From: Candidatus Levyibacteriota bacterium
GTDB taxonomy: Bacteria; Patescibacteriota; Microgenomatia; Levybacterales; UBA12049
NCBI GenBank assembly: GCA_017991775.1
Contig: JAGOPV010000003.1
Coordinates: 1-59,170 of the forward strand
Length of the DNA: 59,170 nt
Direction: 5' to 3'
The first letter of the stretch is position 1. Every line of letters begins with the position of its first letter. The notes below the pieces were generated by a model. That model saw only the letters and a list, made by a program, of their open reading frames with translations. It did not search any database and was not told the origin of the DNA. Of this stretch, positions 33,464 through 42,291 are shown one piece after another. The position numbers and the translations under genes are program-made.

Positions 33464-33549
33464 GAGTGGCGCTTTGTTTATCGCTTGGTAAATAATGCGC
33501 CATTCATCTCATATCAGATGCGTATGGCTTTCACATCTGAGCAAAGGAG
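33464..33549 (+). promoter_or_regulatory. structured leader of the 278-aa ORF
   Basis: GAGTGGCGC/GCGCCATTC stem at 33464-33505, TCAGATG/CATCTGA stem at 33514-33540, then AAAGGAG at 33543-33549. Confidence 0.45.
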
Positions 33550-33555
33550 TTATAG

Positions 33556-34392
33556 ATGCATCGTATCCTCGAACCCGCAGGCGTTACCGATAAAGATCGG
33601 TATCAGCACACCAACACCATCAGACCAGAGTCCCTTCGAGAAGGGTTGAGAGAAGACTTGAGGGAGATTAGATCGCACTTGCAAACTTGCGACAATTTCA
33701 ATGCTTCCCAACTGACTGTCGAAGTAGGTGATCAAGGGGAGACACTTGTCTTTTCTCCATCGCCTTACGAGGATTTTCGAGGAAGAATCGAGGTGACATT
33801 CCAAAGAGATACGTCATCTCCCGAGACCAATCCAATGTTCTTTGCCGATTATCATCTCTGGGCCGGAGGTAGTAATCATGCAAGTCATCGCCATATTCTG
33901 ATCGTCAACCATCTCGTTATCAAGCCTTGGAGCGAGTGGTACAAGTTCAGATCAGGACCTTATCATGGCGGCAGCATCCTCCATCTATCTCTCGCATTCG
34001 ATCTGTCAATACCCGCTCTTTTGCATTGGGAGCAGGAAGCGCTAGAAAAAGTCGAGAGGATTGATCGAGCACTCGGCAAGCATCGACTCAAGCTCTATCC
34101 TGAGAAAATTGAGGTCTCACAAGTTCAGCCTCCTTGCGAGGACTGCGACGACTGCAAGATCACTACAGACGCTCAAGGGGGAGGTGTTGCCATCAGGCTG
34201 CCAGACTGGTTCAACACCGGAAATATCGTGGTCAGGGTCATGAACAGAGAGTCTCCATGTGTCATCTTCAAAGGAGGCACATCAAAACCAGTAATTCCTT
34301 TAACACCACGCAAACTGCTCGGAGCGGGTTTCAAGTCAGGAAGTACCCTGATAGCTGAACTCTCACCCGATGATCCCGTGTGGTTCGGCTAG
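33556..34392 (+). CDS. hypothetical protein (278 aa)
   Basis: Strong SD, long ORF. No recognisable domain. Confidence 0.55.
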   Translation: MHRILEPAGVTDKDRYQHTNTIRPESLREGLREDLREIRSHLQTCDNFNASQLTVEVGDQGETLVFSPSPYEDFRGRIEVTFQRDTSSPETNPMFFADYHLWAGGSNHASHRHILIVNHLVIKPWSEWYKFRSGPYHGGSILHLSLAFDLSIPALLHWEQEALEKVERIDRALGKHRLKLYPEKIEVSQVQPPCEDCDDCKITTDAQGGGVAIRLPDWFNTGNIVVRVMNRESPCVIFKGGTSKPVIPLTPRKLLGAGFKSGSTLIAELSPDDPVWFG

Positions 34393-34414
34393 ATCTACAA
34401 GTAAATTAACTTAA

Positions 34415-34445
34415 GGGGGGAGTCGTAAGATTCCCCCGCTTTTTT
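34415..34445. terminator. bidirectional terminator between convergent genes
   Basis: GGGGGGA-gtcgtaaga-TTCCCCC plus TTTTTT. The 3' half ATTCCCCCGCTTTTTT resembles the terminators at 4654 and 5146. Confidence 0.65.
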
Positions 34446-35142
34446 AAGCTAATAGAGAGGAAAGTTGATCCCACTGCTTTTTACGCAGAGTGAGTGAAGG
34501 ATTGGCATCGATGATTTGTTTTGCTTTTGCTAAGTACCCCCGAGCCTTTACATCATCTTTTTCTCCAAGAGCTTTCGCAAGTCTCATATATCCTCCAGAC
34601 ACCCATACATCTTTCGCATATGCATCTGACTCATCTGAATTTTCAAGTGCATTCAGTGCTTCTTCAGCTCTCAAAAGTGCACTCTCGTCCCCATTCTTAA
34701 AGAGACATACTTCCATATGCACATGCATATTTGCTTTCACAGATACCTTATTGTGATCTGCTGGAGGATTCGTCTCGATATTTTCAACTGCCTCTTTGTA
34801 TGCCTCCCCTGCTTCATCTAACTCGCCAAGGTCTTCAAGAACACATGCTAGATTGAAAAGAGGCATTGGAAGTGCTGAGGGGTCATTTGCACTTCTTACG
34901 ATCTGGACAGCTGCTGTCATCTCATGTTTGGCTAGAACTAAAAGTCTTTTACTCCCATGAAGATTTGCATAGACACGAAGAGTTATGGAGCGACAACCCA
35001 GACCTTCAGCAAAACCAAGCGCATCTCCCTCGCTATCGTATGCAAAGAGTGCCTCATCATTAAAGCTAAGTGACTCATGGAATTGTTCTTCTTCACGTGC
35101 CTTCGCTGCCTTTGCGTGGAGTTCTCGCGCGTTTGAAATCAT
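34444..35142 (-). CDS. TPR-like helical repeat protein
   Basis: 232 aa, all-helical, with repeated A-x-x-Y/A-x-x-A patterns (LGELDEAGEAYKEAVEN). TGCTACACT lies 6 nt upstream of the ATG. Confidence 0.45.
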   Translation of the reverse strand: MISNARELHAKAAKAREEEQFHESLSFNDEALFAYDSEGDALGFAEGLGCRSITLRVYANLHGSKRLLVLAKHEMTAAVQIVRSANDPSALPMPLFNLACVLEDLGELDEAGEAYKEAVENIETNPPADHNKVSVKANMHVHMEVCLFKNGDESALLRAEEALNALENSDESDAYAKDVWVSGGYMRLAKALGEKDDVKARGYLAKAKQIIDANPSLTLRKKQWDQLSSLLA

Positions 35143-35165
35143 AAGTCTAGTGTAGCATAAGAGTG

Positions 35166-35957
35166 CTAGCTTGCCCGTTGGAGTCGAGAAAGACCATTAG
35201 ATAATATTCCATGAACAATTAACTTGGTATCTAAATATCGCAGCATGAATGCGTTTTGTACAAATTCAATGATATCGCTTGTGCTAATTTTAGATTCACC
35301 AAATTGCCTATCTATAAAATCCACTGGCACTTCTTTAATTTTTGCGTCTCTCTGAAGAGCTCTGTGCAAGAGATTCATTTGAAATGAATACCCTTCAACC
35401 TTTAGCTGGTCAAGCGACATCTGCTCTAGTAGGCTCGTCTTGATTGCCCTAAATCCTGCTGTACAGTCATGAATATGATAAATACCTGCTACATAACGTG
35501 CAAAAATATTACCAAAGCGGCTATTCATTTTGCGCATAAAGCTCCAATCTGCAGGAATTGATCCATTTTCAATATATCGGGATCCAATGACAAAATCGTA
35601 TCCCTTCGCAAGAGGTGAAAGAAGTCTCTTAATGTCCTTTGGGTTGTGTGAGAAGTCGGCATCCATCTCCATAACTACATCGACCTTCAGGTTGTTCATA
35701 GCGTGATGAAATCCTCTAATATATGCATTACCGAGTCCATTCTTATTGCCACTGATCATAGAGACTCTCTTATTCTTTTTTATAATACTCTCAACGATCT
35801 TTCCCGTCCCATCTGGAGATTTATCATCGACAACTAAAACCTGCATTTTAAAAATGGTGGATTTTTCAATTTTTGCGAATTCAGATGACAATGCAGTCAA
35901 CATTCTTGTGATATTTTCTTTCTCATTATATGTTGGAAGAACTATAGCAACATTCAT
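35166..35957 (-). CDS. GT2 polyprenol-phosphate mannosyl/glycosyl-transferase (Dpm1-like)
   Basis: VAIVLPTYNEKENI, VDDKSPDGTG and DADFSH motifs. The ATG at 35957 follows GGAGGA and overlaps the upstream stop (ATGA). Confidence 0.85.
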   Translation of the reverse strand: MNVAIVLPTYNEKENITRMLTALSSEFAKIEKSTIFKMQVLVVDDKSPDGTGKIVESIIKKNKRVSMISGNKNGLGNAYIRGFHHAMNNLKVDVVMEMDADFSHNPKDIKRLLSPLAKGYDFVIGSRYIENGSIPADWSFMRKMNSRFGNIFARYVAGIYHIHDCTAGFRAIKTSLLEQMSLDQLKVEGYSFQMNLLHRALQRDAKIKEVPVDFIDRQFGESKISTSDIIEFVQNAFMLRYLDTKLIVHGILSNGLSRLQRAS

Positions 35958-38758
35958 TTTCCGTCCTCCTCTAATGAATCCTTGTATATTTTGATCCATT
36001 TCTTTGTCTCATCTAGATATGAAGTTCCCTTTTCAACTGATGGTTCGATCGCTGTGCCTTCAAAAAATTCATTCCAAGATGTTATAAGTGTATAGTCAGC
36101 TTTATTTTCAATAGCAGTTTGCCAGGTTGCTTCATAGACAGATCGAGTTCCTATTTTTTCAGGAATCACAAATCCAAGACTCTGTCGCACCTTAGTATCA
36201 TCATATTGCTTCATTACTGGCAGGAATAGTGGAGACTTCGCCTGCTCACTTCTCTCTTTTTGCGCCTCAACCTGATCTGACCAAATAGAAAGTTTCTTTT
36301 TTAACGACTGATCTCTATAACTGGTCCATGTATTAGACGGACTGTATGTAAACTGTGCGTCAAAAACTGCCATATCAGAGAAATCGTCAGCAATAATTGC
36401 AAACTCCCGTTCATCTGGTCTTTTTGAAGTGTAACTACTCACCAGATATACAGGTCCCACTTTGTCTTCAACATACTTTCGAACGGATGCCCAATATTCT
36501 TTGTACTCGAGTAAAAATGCTTCCCTATAATCTCGCGCAGTCTGAGTATCGTCATGAAAGGCAATAGTCTCTGTTGGATAATACTTGAGCATGTCTTCTC
36601 TTGATGCAATTTGAACACCCCATGCAGATGATATCTCCTCGAATGGTTTTGATGACTTTTTCGCATACATTGCGATGATCGTCTTAGTAAGATCGTCCTT
36701 ACTCTGAGTATCCCAACTTGGGAAATACCAATGACTATCATAGAGAAATATTACAGGCTTTCCGTCAATGCGTAGAAGTGCCTTATCCTTATTGTTGTCA
36801 GAAATAGAACTTACTATAATGCTCTTCATCTCCTTCTCAGACTCTTCTGTTAAGGCAAATCCAAGTGAACGTTTTCCATTTGAAAGCAAAGGTCTAAAGT
36901 TATCATAATTGAGAACGTCACCAATCTCGATCATCGGAGAATAATATAGCCCCATTTTTTGCGCGTAGTAACCAAAAGTAAGATATCTTTGCCTATCATA
37001 AAGGTGGTACGGAATGATCGCGAAATCAATTCCCACCTCTTTCATCTGCCTAATGTGTTCTACATAGTATGAATTTTTTGAAGTGTAATACCCACCTAGA
37101 GGTGTTAGCGTAGTCTTGTCCCATGCGCCATATGGAAACGACTTATAATGGCTAAAGTTATTCCACCAGACGTTATAAAAAGTCCCAATTCTCGGATTCT
37201 TAGGGAGCGGCTTTAGGTCTGTAGCATCAAGAAGTGTAATTGGCATAAACAACTTATTCTCAGCAATATATCTACCCACTGGTTCATGAATAACAAAGCC
37301 AACAATTGCTCCAAATGTTAATAACACTAGAAATGCGACTAGATACAATCTCTTAAAAAGAGTCTTAAAGATACTTCCTAACTGAGTAATTATTCTTCCA
37401 AAATCTTGAAATACCTGCTTCCATGTAATACCCAGAATAATTAACCCCATCGCATAAACTGGGAGCATAAGGATCGTAGCTATAAGTACGGGAATATTGT
37501 AAAAAGTTAAGACAGTATCAGGATAGGTATATATAGGTAGATTGAAGTGTCGACTAAGATCAAATACTAGTTGGTTGATAGAGCTACTCATTTCTTTAAG
37601 AACAACTTCTGGCAAAAGGAAGCTCAGGAAGTGAAAACCAAGAATCGTTGCTGCAATAAGAACACTATATGTGACAATTGCCTTTGTAATATGGAGAATT
37701 TTATAGGGAAAATGAATGTAAATCGTAATTGGCGTATAAATGAGTATCGTCAGAAAGACAATTAAGAGCACAAAGTACTGCTCATTTACTACTTTATTGA
37801 AGAGTAGAATTGCCATGTATATTGAGACAAGACTCCAAATCAAACTCTCTTCTTTTGTCTTGATTGAGACAATTCCACGAACACTCACTGCTAAAATTGT
37901 TAGATACATAAGTATCGTGCATATTGTCGCAATTGGGAGTGATGGAAGATGGTAAAGATATTGATAGTACTCATATAAAGGAGCAATGCTGAGGCCTTGT
38001 GGTGGACGTTGAAGATGCATAAGAAGGTTTTGATTGATGAATCCTCTTGGACTGGTCAAAAAGAATGGGACTGATACTACAAGAAGAGTAGTAAGGAAAG
38101 TTACAAGAAGAGTCACGCGAGCTCTGAGAGCTTTTATCTTATTAAAGGAATATATCGCAATGACTGGTAGAAAAAAGACAGGAAATAGCTTGATTGTGCA
38201 CGCGAGTCCAAGGAATACTCCGCCAAGTACAGTTCTAGATTTTCGAAGTGCCATTATATACAGCAGGAGAAAGTTAGCCATCCAAATATCAAACATTCCC
38301 CAAGCACTACTTACCCAAATCAAAAGTGGATTGAAGAGAATAAGTAATTCTGCTCTCTGAGCAAGTTTCTTGTCTTTCTTCTCAAGAAATTTACGTACAA
38401 TTAGTGCTGCAATAAGATCTCCAAAAATGAAAGGAATTTTAATAAGTAAGGTCTCAAAGATTGGAGGGATATTGATGTTGAAAAATGATACTAGAGCAAG
38501 TGGTGCTGAGAACATCAATAATGGCAAGGGTGGGTATGCGTACCATTGCTGTATCATTGGCTTTTCACTGTCAGGATAGATCACAGGATCATTTTTAATA
38601 ACAGTTTGATAAGGAGTTTCACCTTGAATAAAATTCTTCGCACTTTCTGTGAATACAAAACCATCCCAATCGTGAATCATTGGAGCTGCAAAAATAAATC
38701 GAATTACGAGTGCAAGAAGATATATGAAGGTTAGTCTTTTCATGGTAGATATGAACAA
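35954..38758 (-). CDS. GT-C-type polytopic glycosyltransferase (DUF2029/PMT-like) fused to a GH99-like soluble domain
   Basis: 934 aa. The N-terminal ~500 aa contain many TM helices. The C-terminal domain ends with ITSWNEFFEGTAIEPS, reminiscent of the GH99 SFNEWHEGT motif. Confidence 0.6.
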   Translation of the reverse strand: MFISTMKRLTFIYLLALVIRFIFAAPMIHDWDGFVFTESAKNFIQGETPYQTVIKNDPVIYPDSEKPMIQQWYAYPPLPLLMFSAPLALVSFFNINIPPIFETLLIKIPFIFGDLIAALIVRKFLEKKDKKLAQRAELLILFNPLLIWVSSAWGMFDIWMANFLLLYIMALRKSRTVLGGVFLGLACTIKLFPVFFLPVIAIYSFNKIKALRARVTLLVTFLTTLLVVSVPFFLTSPRGFINQNLLMHLQRPPQGLSIAPLYEYYQYLYHLPSLPIATICTILMYLTILAVSVRGIVSIKTKEESLIWSLVSIYMAILLFNKVVNEQYFVLLIVFLTILIYTPITIYIHFPYKILHITKAIVTYSVLIAATILGFHFLSFLLPEVVLKEMSSSINQLVFDLSRHFNLPIYTYPDTVLTFYNIPVLIATILMLPVYAMGLIILGITWKQVFQDFGRIITQLGSIFKTLFKRLYLVAFLVLLTFGAIVGFVIHEPVGRYIAENKLFMPITLLDATDLKPLPKNPRIGTFYNVWWNNFSHYKSFPYGAWDKTTLTPLGGYYTSKNSYYVEHIRQMKEVGIDFAIIPYHLYDRQRYLTFGYYAQKMGLYYSPMIEIGDVLNYDNFRPLLSNGKRSLGFALTEESEKEMKSIIVSSISDNNKDKALLRIDGKPVIFLYDSHWYFPSWDTQSKDDLTKTIIAMYAKKSSKPFEEISSAWGVQIASREDMLKYYPTETIAFHDDTQTARDYREAFLLEYKEYWASVRKYVEDKVGPVYLVSSYTSKRPDEREFAIIADDFSDMAVFDAQFTYSPSNTWTSYRDQSLKKKLSIWSDQVEAQKERSEQAKSPLFLPVMKQYDDTKVRQSLGFVIPEKIGTRSVYEATWQTAIENKADYTLITSWNEFFEGTAIEPSVEKGTSYLDETKKWIKIYKDSLEEDGK

Positions 38759-38764
38759 AGAGTC

Positions 38765-39316
38765 TTATCTACTTTGAAGTCTCTTGTGGAGAATTGCGTA
38801 GAGTATTCCCAAAAAGAGAATAAAGCTAAGAATTCCGATAGAAGTATTAAGCGAATTTGGATGAAATCCACCCGAAAACGGATTTGTGAAAATAGCTGCT
38901 GATTTTACTTGGACATCTGGAACTATAAAGGTTGCAAGCAAAATTTCTTTACTCTCATTGTTGTTCGTATCTGTACCCCTGATATAGAGATAATGCTTTC
39001 CAGCCTCCAATGGAGTTTTTACTTGATATGAATAATAACCTTTCTCATCTGAGAGGACTTCTCCATACACTGGTTTATTCTTAATAATAAGACTTATCTG
39101 AGTATTGCTGAGTGAGTATCCTTCAATAAGTGGCTTGTCTGTTGAAATCTTAAATACTTTTTCAGGTTCTTCAACTCTAATTCCATCGACGATAGTTCCA
39201 CCACCAATTGTTTTCGCACTAAGAATCGAGGAGAAAGCAAATGAAGACCCTGCAACTGCTAAGGAAGTAAAGACTAAGGCAAAGAAGGAGAATAGTAATT
39301 GATATAGTTTGTTCAT
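38765..39316 (-). CDS. secreted Ig-like-fold protein with C-terminal anchor (hypothetical)
   Basis: Signal peptide, beta-rich ectodomain and a terminal TM helix. Confidence 0.5.
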   Translation of the reverse strand: MNKLYQLLFSFFALVFTSLAVAGSSFAFSSILSAKTIGGGTIVDGIRVEEPEKVFKISTDKPLIEGYSLSNTQISLIIKNKPVYGEVLSDEKGYYSYQVKTPLEAGKHYLYIRGTDTNNNESKEILLATFIVPDVQVKSAAIFTNPFSGGFHPNSLNTSIGILSFILFLGILYAILHKRLQSR

Positions 39317-39518
39317 AATTGATACTTTTGTGGAACGACCTGGAATATATCATAAAGTATCTTAATATGTCAACGAAGAGAAAAGCTAAATACGCACAAA
39401 ATATAAGTTGGAAGTGCAAATTTTTAAGATCGAATTCAGGTGCGAAATTTATCCTATATTCTCAATAAATTTTTAATTGCCGACATATATTGAGCAAAGG
39501 CTACTAAGCCCCTAATGG

Positions 39519-39547
39519 TTGTTTTTAGTCGCTAGTAAGCCTATAAT
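39519..39547 (+). promoter_or_regulatory. promoter TTGTTT-17 nt-TATAAT
   Basis: -35 box at 39519-39524 and -10 box at 39542-39547. Confidence 0.55.
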
Positions 39548-39557
39548 ACACCCCAGT

Positions 39558-39577
39558 ATCAGTACACGTGTACTGAT
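39558..39577 (+). promoter_or_regulatory. perfect 20-bp palindrome at the predicted transcription start (operator or 5' hairpin)
   Basis: ATCAGTACACGTGTACTGAT. The core is CAGTAC-ACGT-GTACTG. Confidence 0.55.
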
Positions 39578-39609
39578 TTTGCTCTTGAACAAGTCAGAAG
39601 GAGAAATCA

Positions 39610-41232
39610 ATGACGCGATTAGCGTTACTATTGTTCATCGTCTCATCGATGATGTTGGGCACAGCATCACTCACCTTTGCGCAGGAGTACCCTGCCAGCA
39701 TCGGCGTTGTGAGTGACTTTGCCGATGTCATCTCGATAGAGGATGAGGCCACGTTGACCGCAGACATCACTGCGTTTGAGGCCGAAACGACCATTGAAAT
39801 AGTGGTCGTGACAGTCAAGACAACGGGATCTGAGGATATACTCGACTATGCAAAAGGCCTTGGTAACTCCTGGGGAGTTGGCAAGGTAGATCAAGACAAC
39901 GGTGTCGTGATCCTCATTGCAGTAGACGATCGCATGTTCTCGATCAAGCCGGGCTCAGGTTTGATAGAAATACTCACGGAAGATGTCATCAGTGACATCC
40001 AAGATGAGTCGATCAGACCACGCCTTAGAGAAGGAGACTACGGTCAAGGGATGATTGACGGCGTAAACGGGATAGAAGCAATACTTTCTGTCTCATCTGT
40101 CGTAAATACCCCTGCACCCGTGAGTTCCACTTCAACACCTCAGGAGAAATCCGACGGACGTTCGTACTGGAAATTTCTCATCGCAGGTATCACATTCATT
40201 GTGGTAGTTGTGATTCTTGCAGTCTTTGCCTACGAGCTTAACTTGCATCGAAAGCAAAGGACTTGGAATCTTAACAAGTTCGGAGAACTTGTTGAGAAGG
40301 CAGGCGCAGTGGCTGTGAAGAAAAAATCTGCGCAAGCAACATATACAACTATCAAGAGTCAGTGGCCAGAGTCGATCTGGAACAGATACGACTCCATGAT
40401 GCGCGAGCTCGAAAAGAGAACCTACGCATCAGCACTTCGCGAGATAGATGCCTTATCAAGAAGTATCTATCACACAGACCGAGTTCAGACTGAACTCGTA
40501 ACGTTCGAATCCATCCTGAATCAAGATCTCTCTTTTCTCAGCGATGTCTGTAACCTTCCTGAGATGATCGAGTCTGCCAAGGAGAGTTGCGCTAGGCTCT
40601 TAAAGAGTGCGCAAGTACTCCTGCAATCTGCTGAATCCATCACTGGATCACAGATGAACATGGAGGGTGTGCGTGCTAGCATTGAAGAACTGCACCAGCG
40701 TCTCCTTGAAAAGTCAGAAGAACTCGATCCCATTCAGGGGAAGACACTTGACTGGCTAGAACAGGAGAAAATCCTCGAAAAGCTGGTGAAACAAGCCAAG
40801 TATGTTCAAAACTTGGCAAGTGAAGCATCTGCCCTCAACAAAAGAGCCGAGGAGGAAGGGCCAGGACTATTGGACAAACTGTCCAGCCTCATTGAAGATA
40901 TGGAGCAGCGAGCAGAGCGCAATCCTCGACTCCAGCCCCATCTTGATGAGGCACGTTCTAATTACCTGCAAGCGTTGCATCTCCAGCAGACTCAAGGCAC
41001 GCTCATCAACTGGTTGCCGGTTTATTTGCTGCTAATGACTGCACACGATAATGCAACGTTTTCTCCTCCTTCACATTCGAGCCATAGTTATAGCGGGAGT
41101 AGTTCCAGTTATGATAGTGGCTTTAGTGGATCGTCACCTTCATTTGGAGGTGGAGGTTTTTCTGACGGCGGATCATCCGCATCCTTTGGCGGCGGCGGAT
41201 TCTCTGATGGAGGATCCTCAAGTAGCTTCTAA
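39610..41232 (+). CDS. TPM (TLP18.3/Psb32/MOLO-1) domain protein with TM segment, long helical region and Gly/Ser-rich tail
   Basis: Signal peptide. TPM-like segment (VSDFADVIS...IEIVVVTV...NGVVILIAVDDR). TM helix. A ~300-aa helical region. The tail has SFGGGGFSDGGSS twice. SD GAAGGAG. Confidence 0.8.
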   Translation: MTRLALLLFIVSSMMLGTASLTFAQEYPASIGVVSDFADVISIEDEATLTADITAFEAETTIEIVVVTVKTTGSEDILDYAKGLGNSWGVGKVDQDNGVVILIAVDDRMFSIKPGSGLIEILTEDVISDIQDESIRPRLREGDYGQGMIDGVNGIEAILSVSSVVNTPAPVSSTSTPQEKSDGRSYWKFLIAGITFIVVVVILAVFAYELNLHRKQRTWNLNKFGELVEKAGAVAVKKKSAQATYTTIKSQWPESIWNRYDSMMRELEKRTYASALREIDALSRSIYHTDRVQTELVTFESILNQDLSFLSDVCNLPEMIESAKESCARLLKSAQVLLQSAESITGSQMNMEGVRASIEELHQRLLEKSEELDPIQGKTLDWLEQEKILEKLVKQAKYVQNLASEASALNKRAEEEGPGLLDKLSSLIEDMEQRAERNPRLQPHLDEARSNYLQALHLQQTQGTLINWLPVYLLLMTAHDNATFSPPSHSSHSYSGSSSSYDSGFSGSSPSFGGGGFSDGGSSASFGGGGFSDGGSSSSF

Positions 41233-41276
41233 CACCAACACTTCGACCTCCGGCAATCAAATGCCGGGGGTCGACC

Positions 41277-42239
41277 TTATATACCTGAAAGATATTTTTC
41301 AAGCTGACTTTTATATTCTTTAAAATCTTCAATATGCATGAGGGTATCTCTCATCTCTGATGCTCCGTCAACTGTATTGATATAACACTTGGCAAATTTC
41401 TTAAGAACTGGAAAATACTTTGTATCTTCCCACGTTTTTTCATAAAGTCTTACATGCTCAAGATACATCTCAAGCTTCTCTTTCTGCGTGACTGCATCTC
41501 CAAAATGATCTTTATTGAAAATCCACGGATCTTTAAAGATCCCCCTTCCTATCATGATTCCGTCAAGCCCATACTCTGCTACTTTATCCAATCCATCTTG
41601 TCTGGAGACGATATCACCATTACCTATGATCACAGTATGCTTCTCCATTTTGTCTCTGAGTTTTACCACTTTCCCGATCTCATCCCAGTGCGCTGGCACT
41701 TCAGACATTTCTTTGGCAGTTCGGCCATGAATGGTCAGAGCTTCAAGATCTAGATTTAAAAGAAAAGAAGCCCACTCCTCTGTGATCATTTCCTTGAATC
41801 CGAGTCGAGTCTTCACACTAACTGGAAGGCCGTGCGACCCTTCTTGGGTAGCTTGTACTATTTCTTTTGCAAGTGGTGGATTATTGATGAGGCCAGAACA
41901 TGCTCCTCTGGCTGTTATCCCCTTCTCAGGACAGCCCATATTGATATCGATCCCCACAAACCCTCGCTCGTAAAGTAGCTTACCTGCTTTATAAAAATTA
42001 TCTGGGTTCGTACCCCAGATCTGTGCGATCAATGGCTGTTCGATAGATGTATGCACGAGGCGTCGTGCGACATATTCATAACCACGCGAAAAAAGACCAT
42101 CAGCGTTGGTGAACTCAGTGAAAAAGACATCTGGTGCACCACACTTCCTGATGATCTGTCGAAAAACCGTGTCTGTAACATCCTCCATAGGAGCCATCAC
42201 GAAAAATGGCTTAGGAAGTGTCGACCAAAAATTTGTCAT
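41277..42239 (-). CDS. tRNA-dihydrouridine synthase
   Basis: MAPMEDVTDTVFR, GIDINMGCP and HGRT motifs of the Dus family. Confidence 0.85.
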   Translation of the reverse strand: MTNFWSTLPKPFFVMAPMEDVTDTVFRQIIRKCGAPDVFFTEFTNADGLFSRGYEYVARRLVHTSIEQPLIAQIWGTNPDNFYKAGKLLYERGFVGIDINMGCPEKGITARGACSGLINNPPLAKEIVQATQEGSHGLPVSVKTRLGFKEMITEEWASFLLNLDLEALTIHGRTAKEMSEVPAHWDEIGKVVKLRDKMEKHTVIIGNGDIVSRQDGLDKVAEYGLDGIMIGRGIFKDPWIFNKDHFGDAVTQKEKLEMYLEHVRLYEKTWEDTKYFPVLKKFAKCYINTVDGASEMRDTLMHIEDFKEYKSQLEKYLSGI

Positions 42240-42248
42240 AAGAGCTGT

Positions 42249-42282
42249 ATTATAGCTATTTTTACCCTCATATTGCTATAAT
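42249..42282. promoter_or_regulatory. back-to-back extended -10 boxes, each 9 nt from its start codon
   Basis: Minus strand: TATAAT (reverse complement of 42249-42254) for dus. Plus strand: TGCTATAAT at 42274-42282 for the gene at 42292. Confidence 0.5.
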
Positions 42283-42291
42283 TGGGACTCC

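Noticed and set aside
29607-34445. A classical integrated mobile element or prophage flanked by tRNA-Lys and tRNA-Glu.
   Set aside because: No integrase, transposase, phage structural genes or direct repeats of tRNA 3' ends are visible. The region is described as accessory cassettes rather than as a mobile element.
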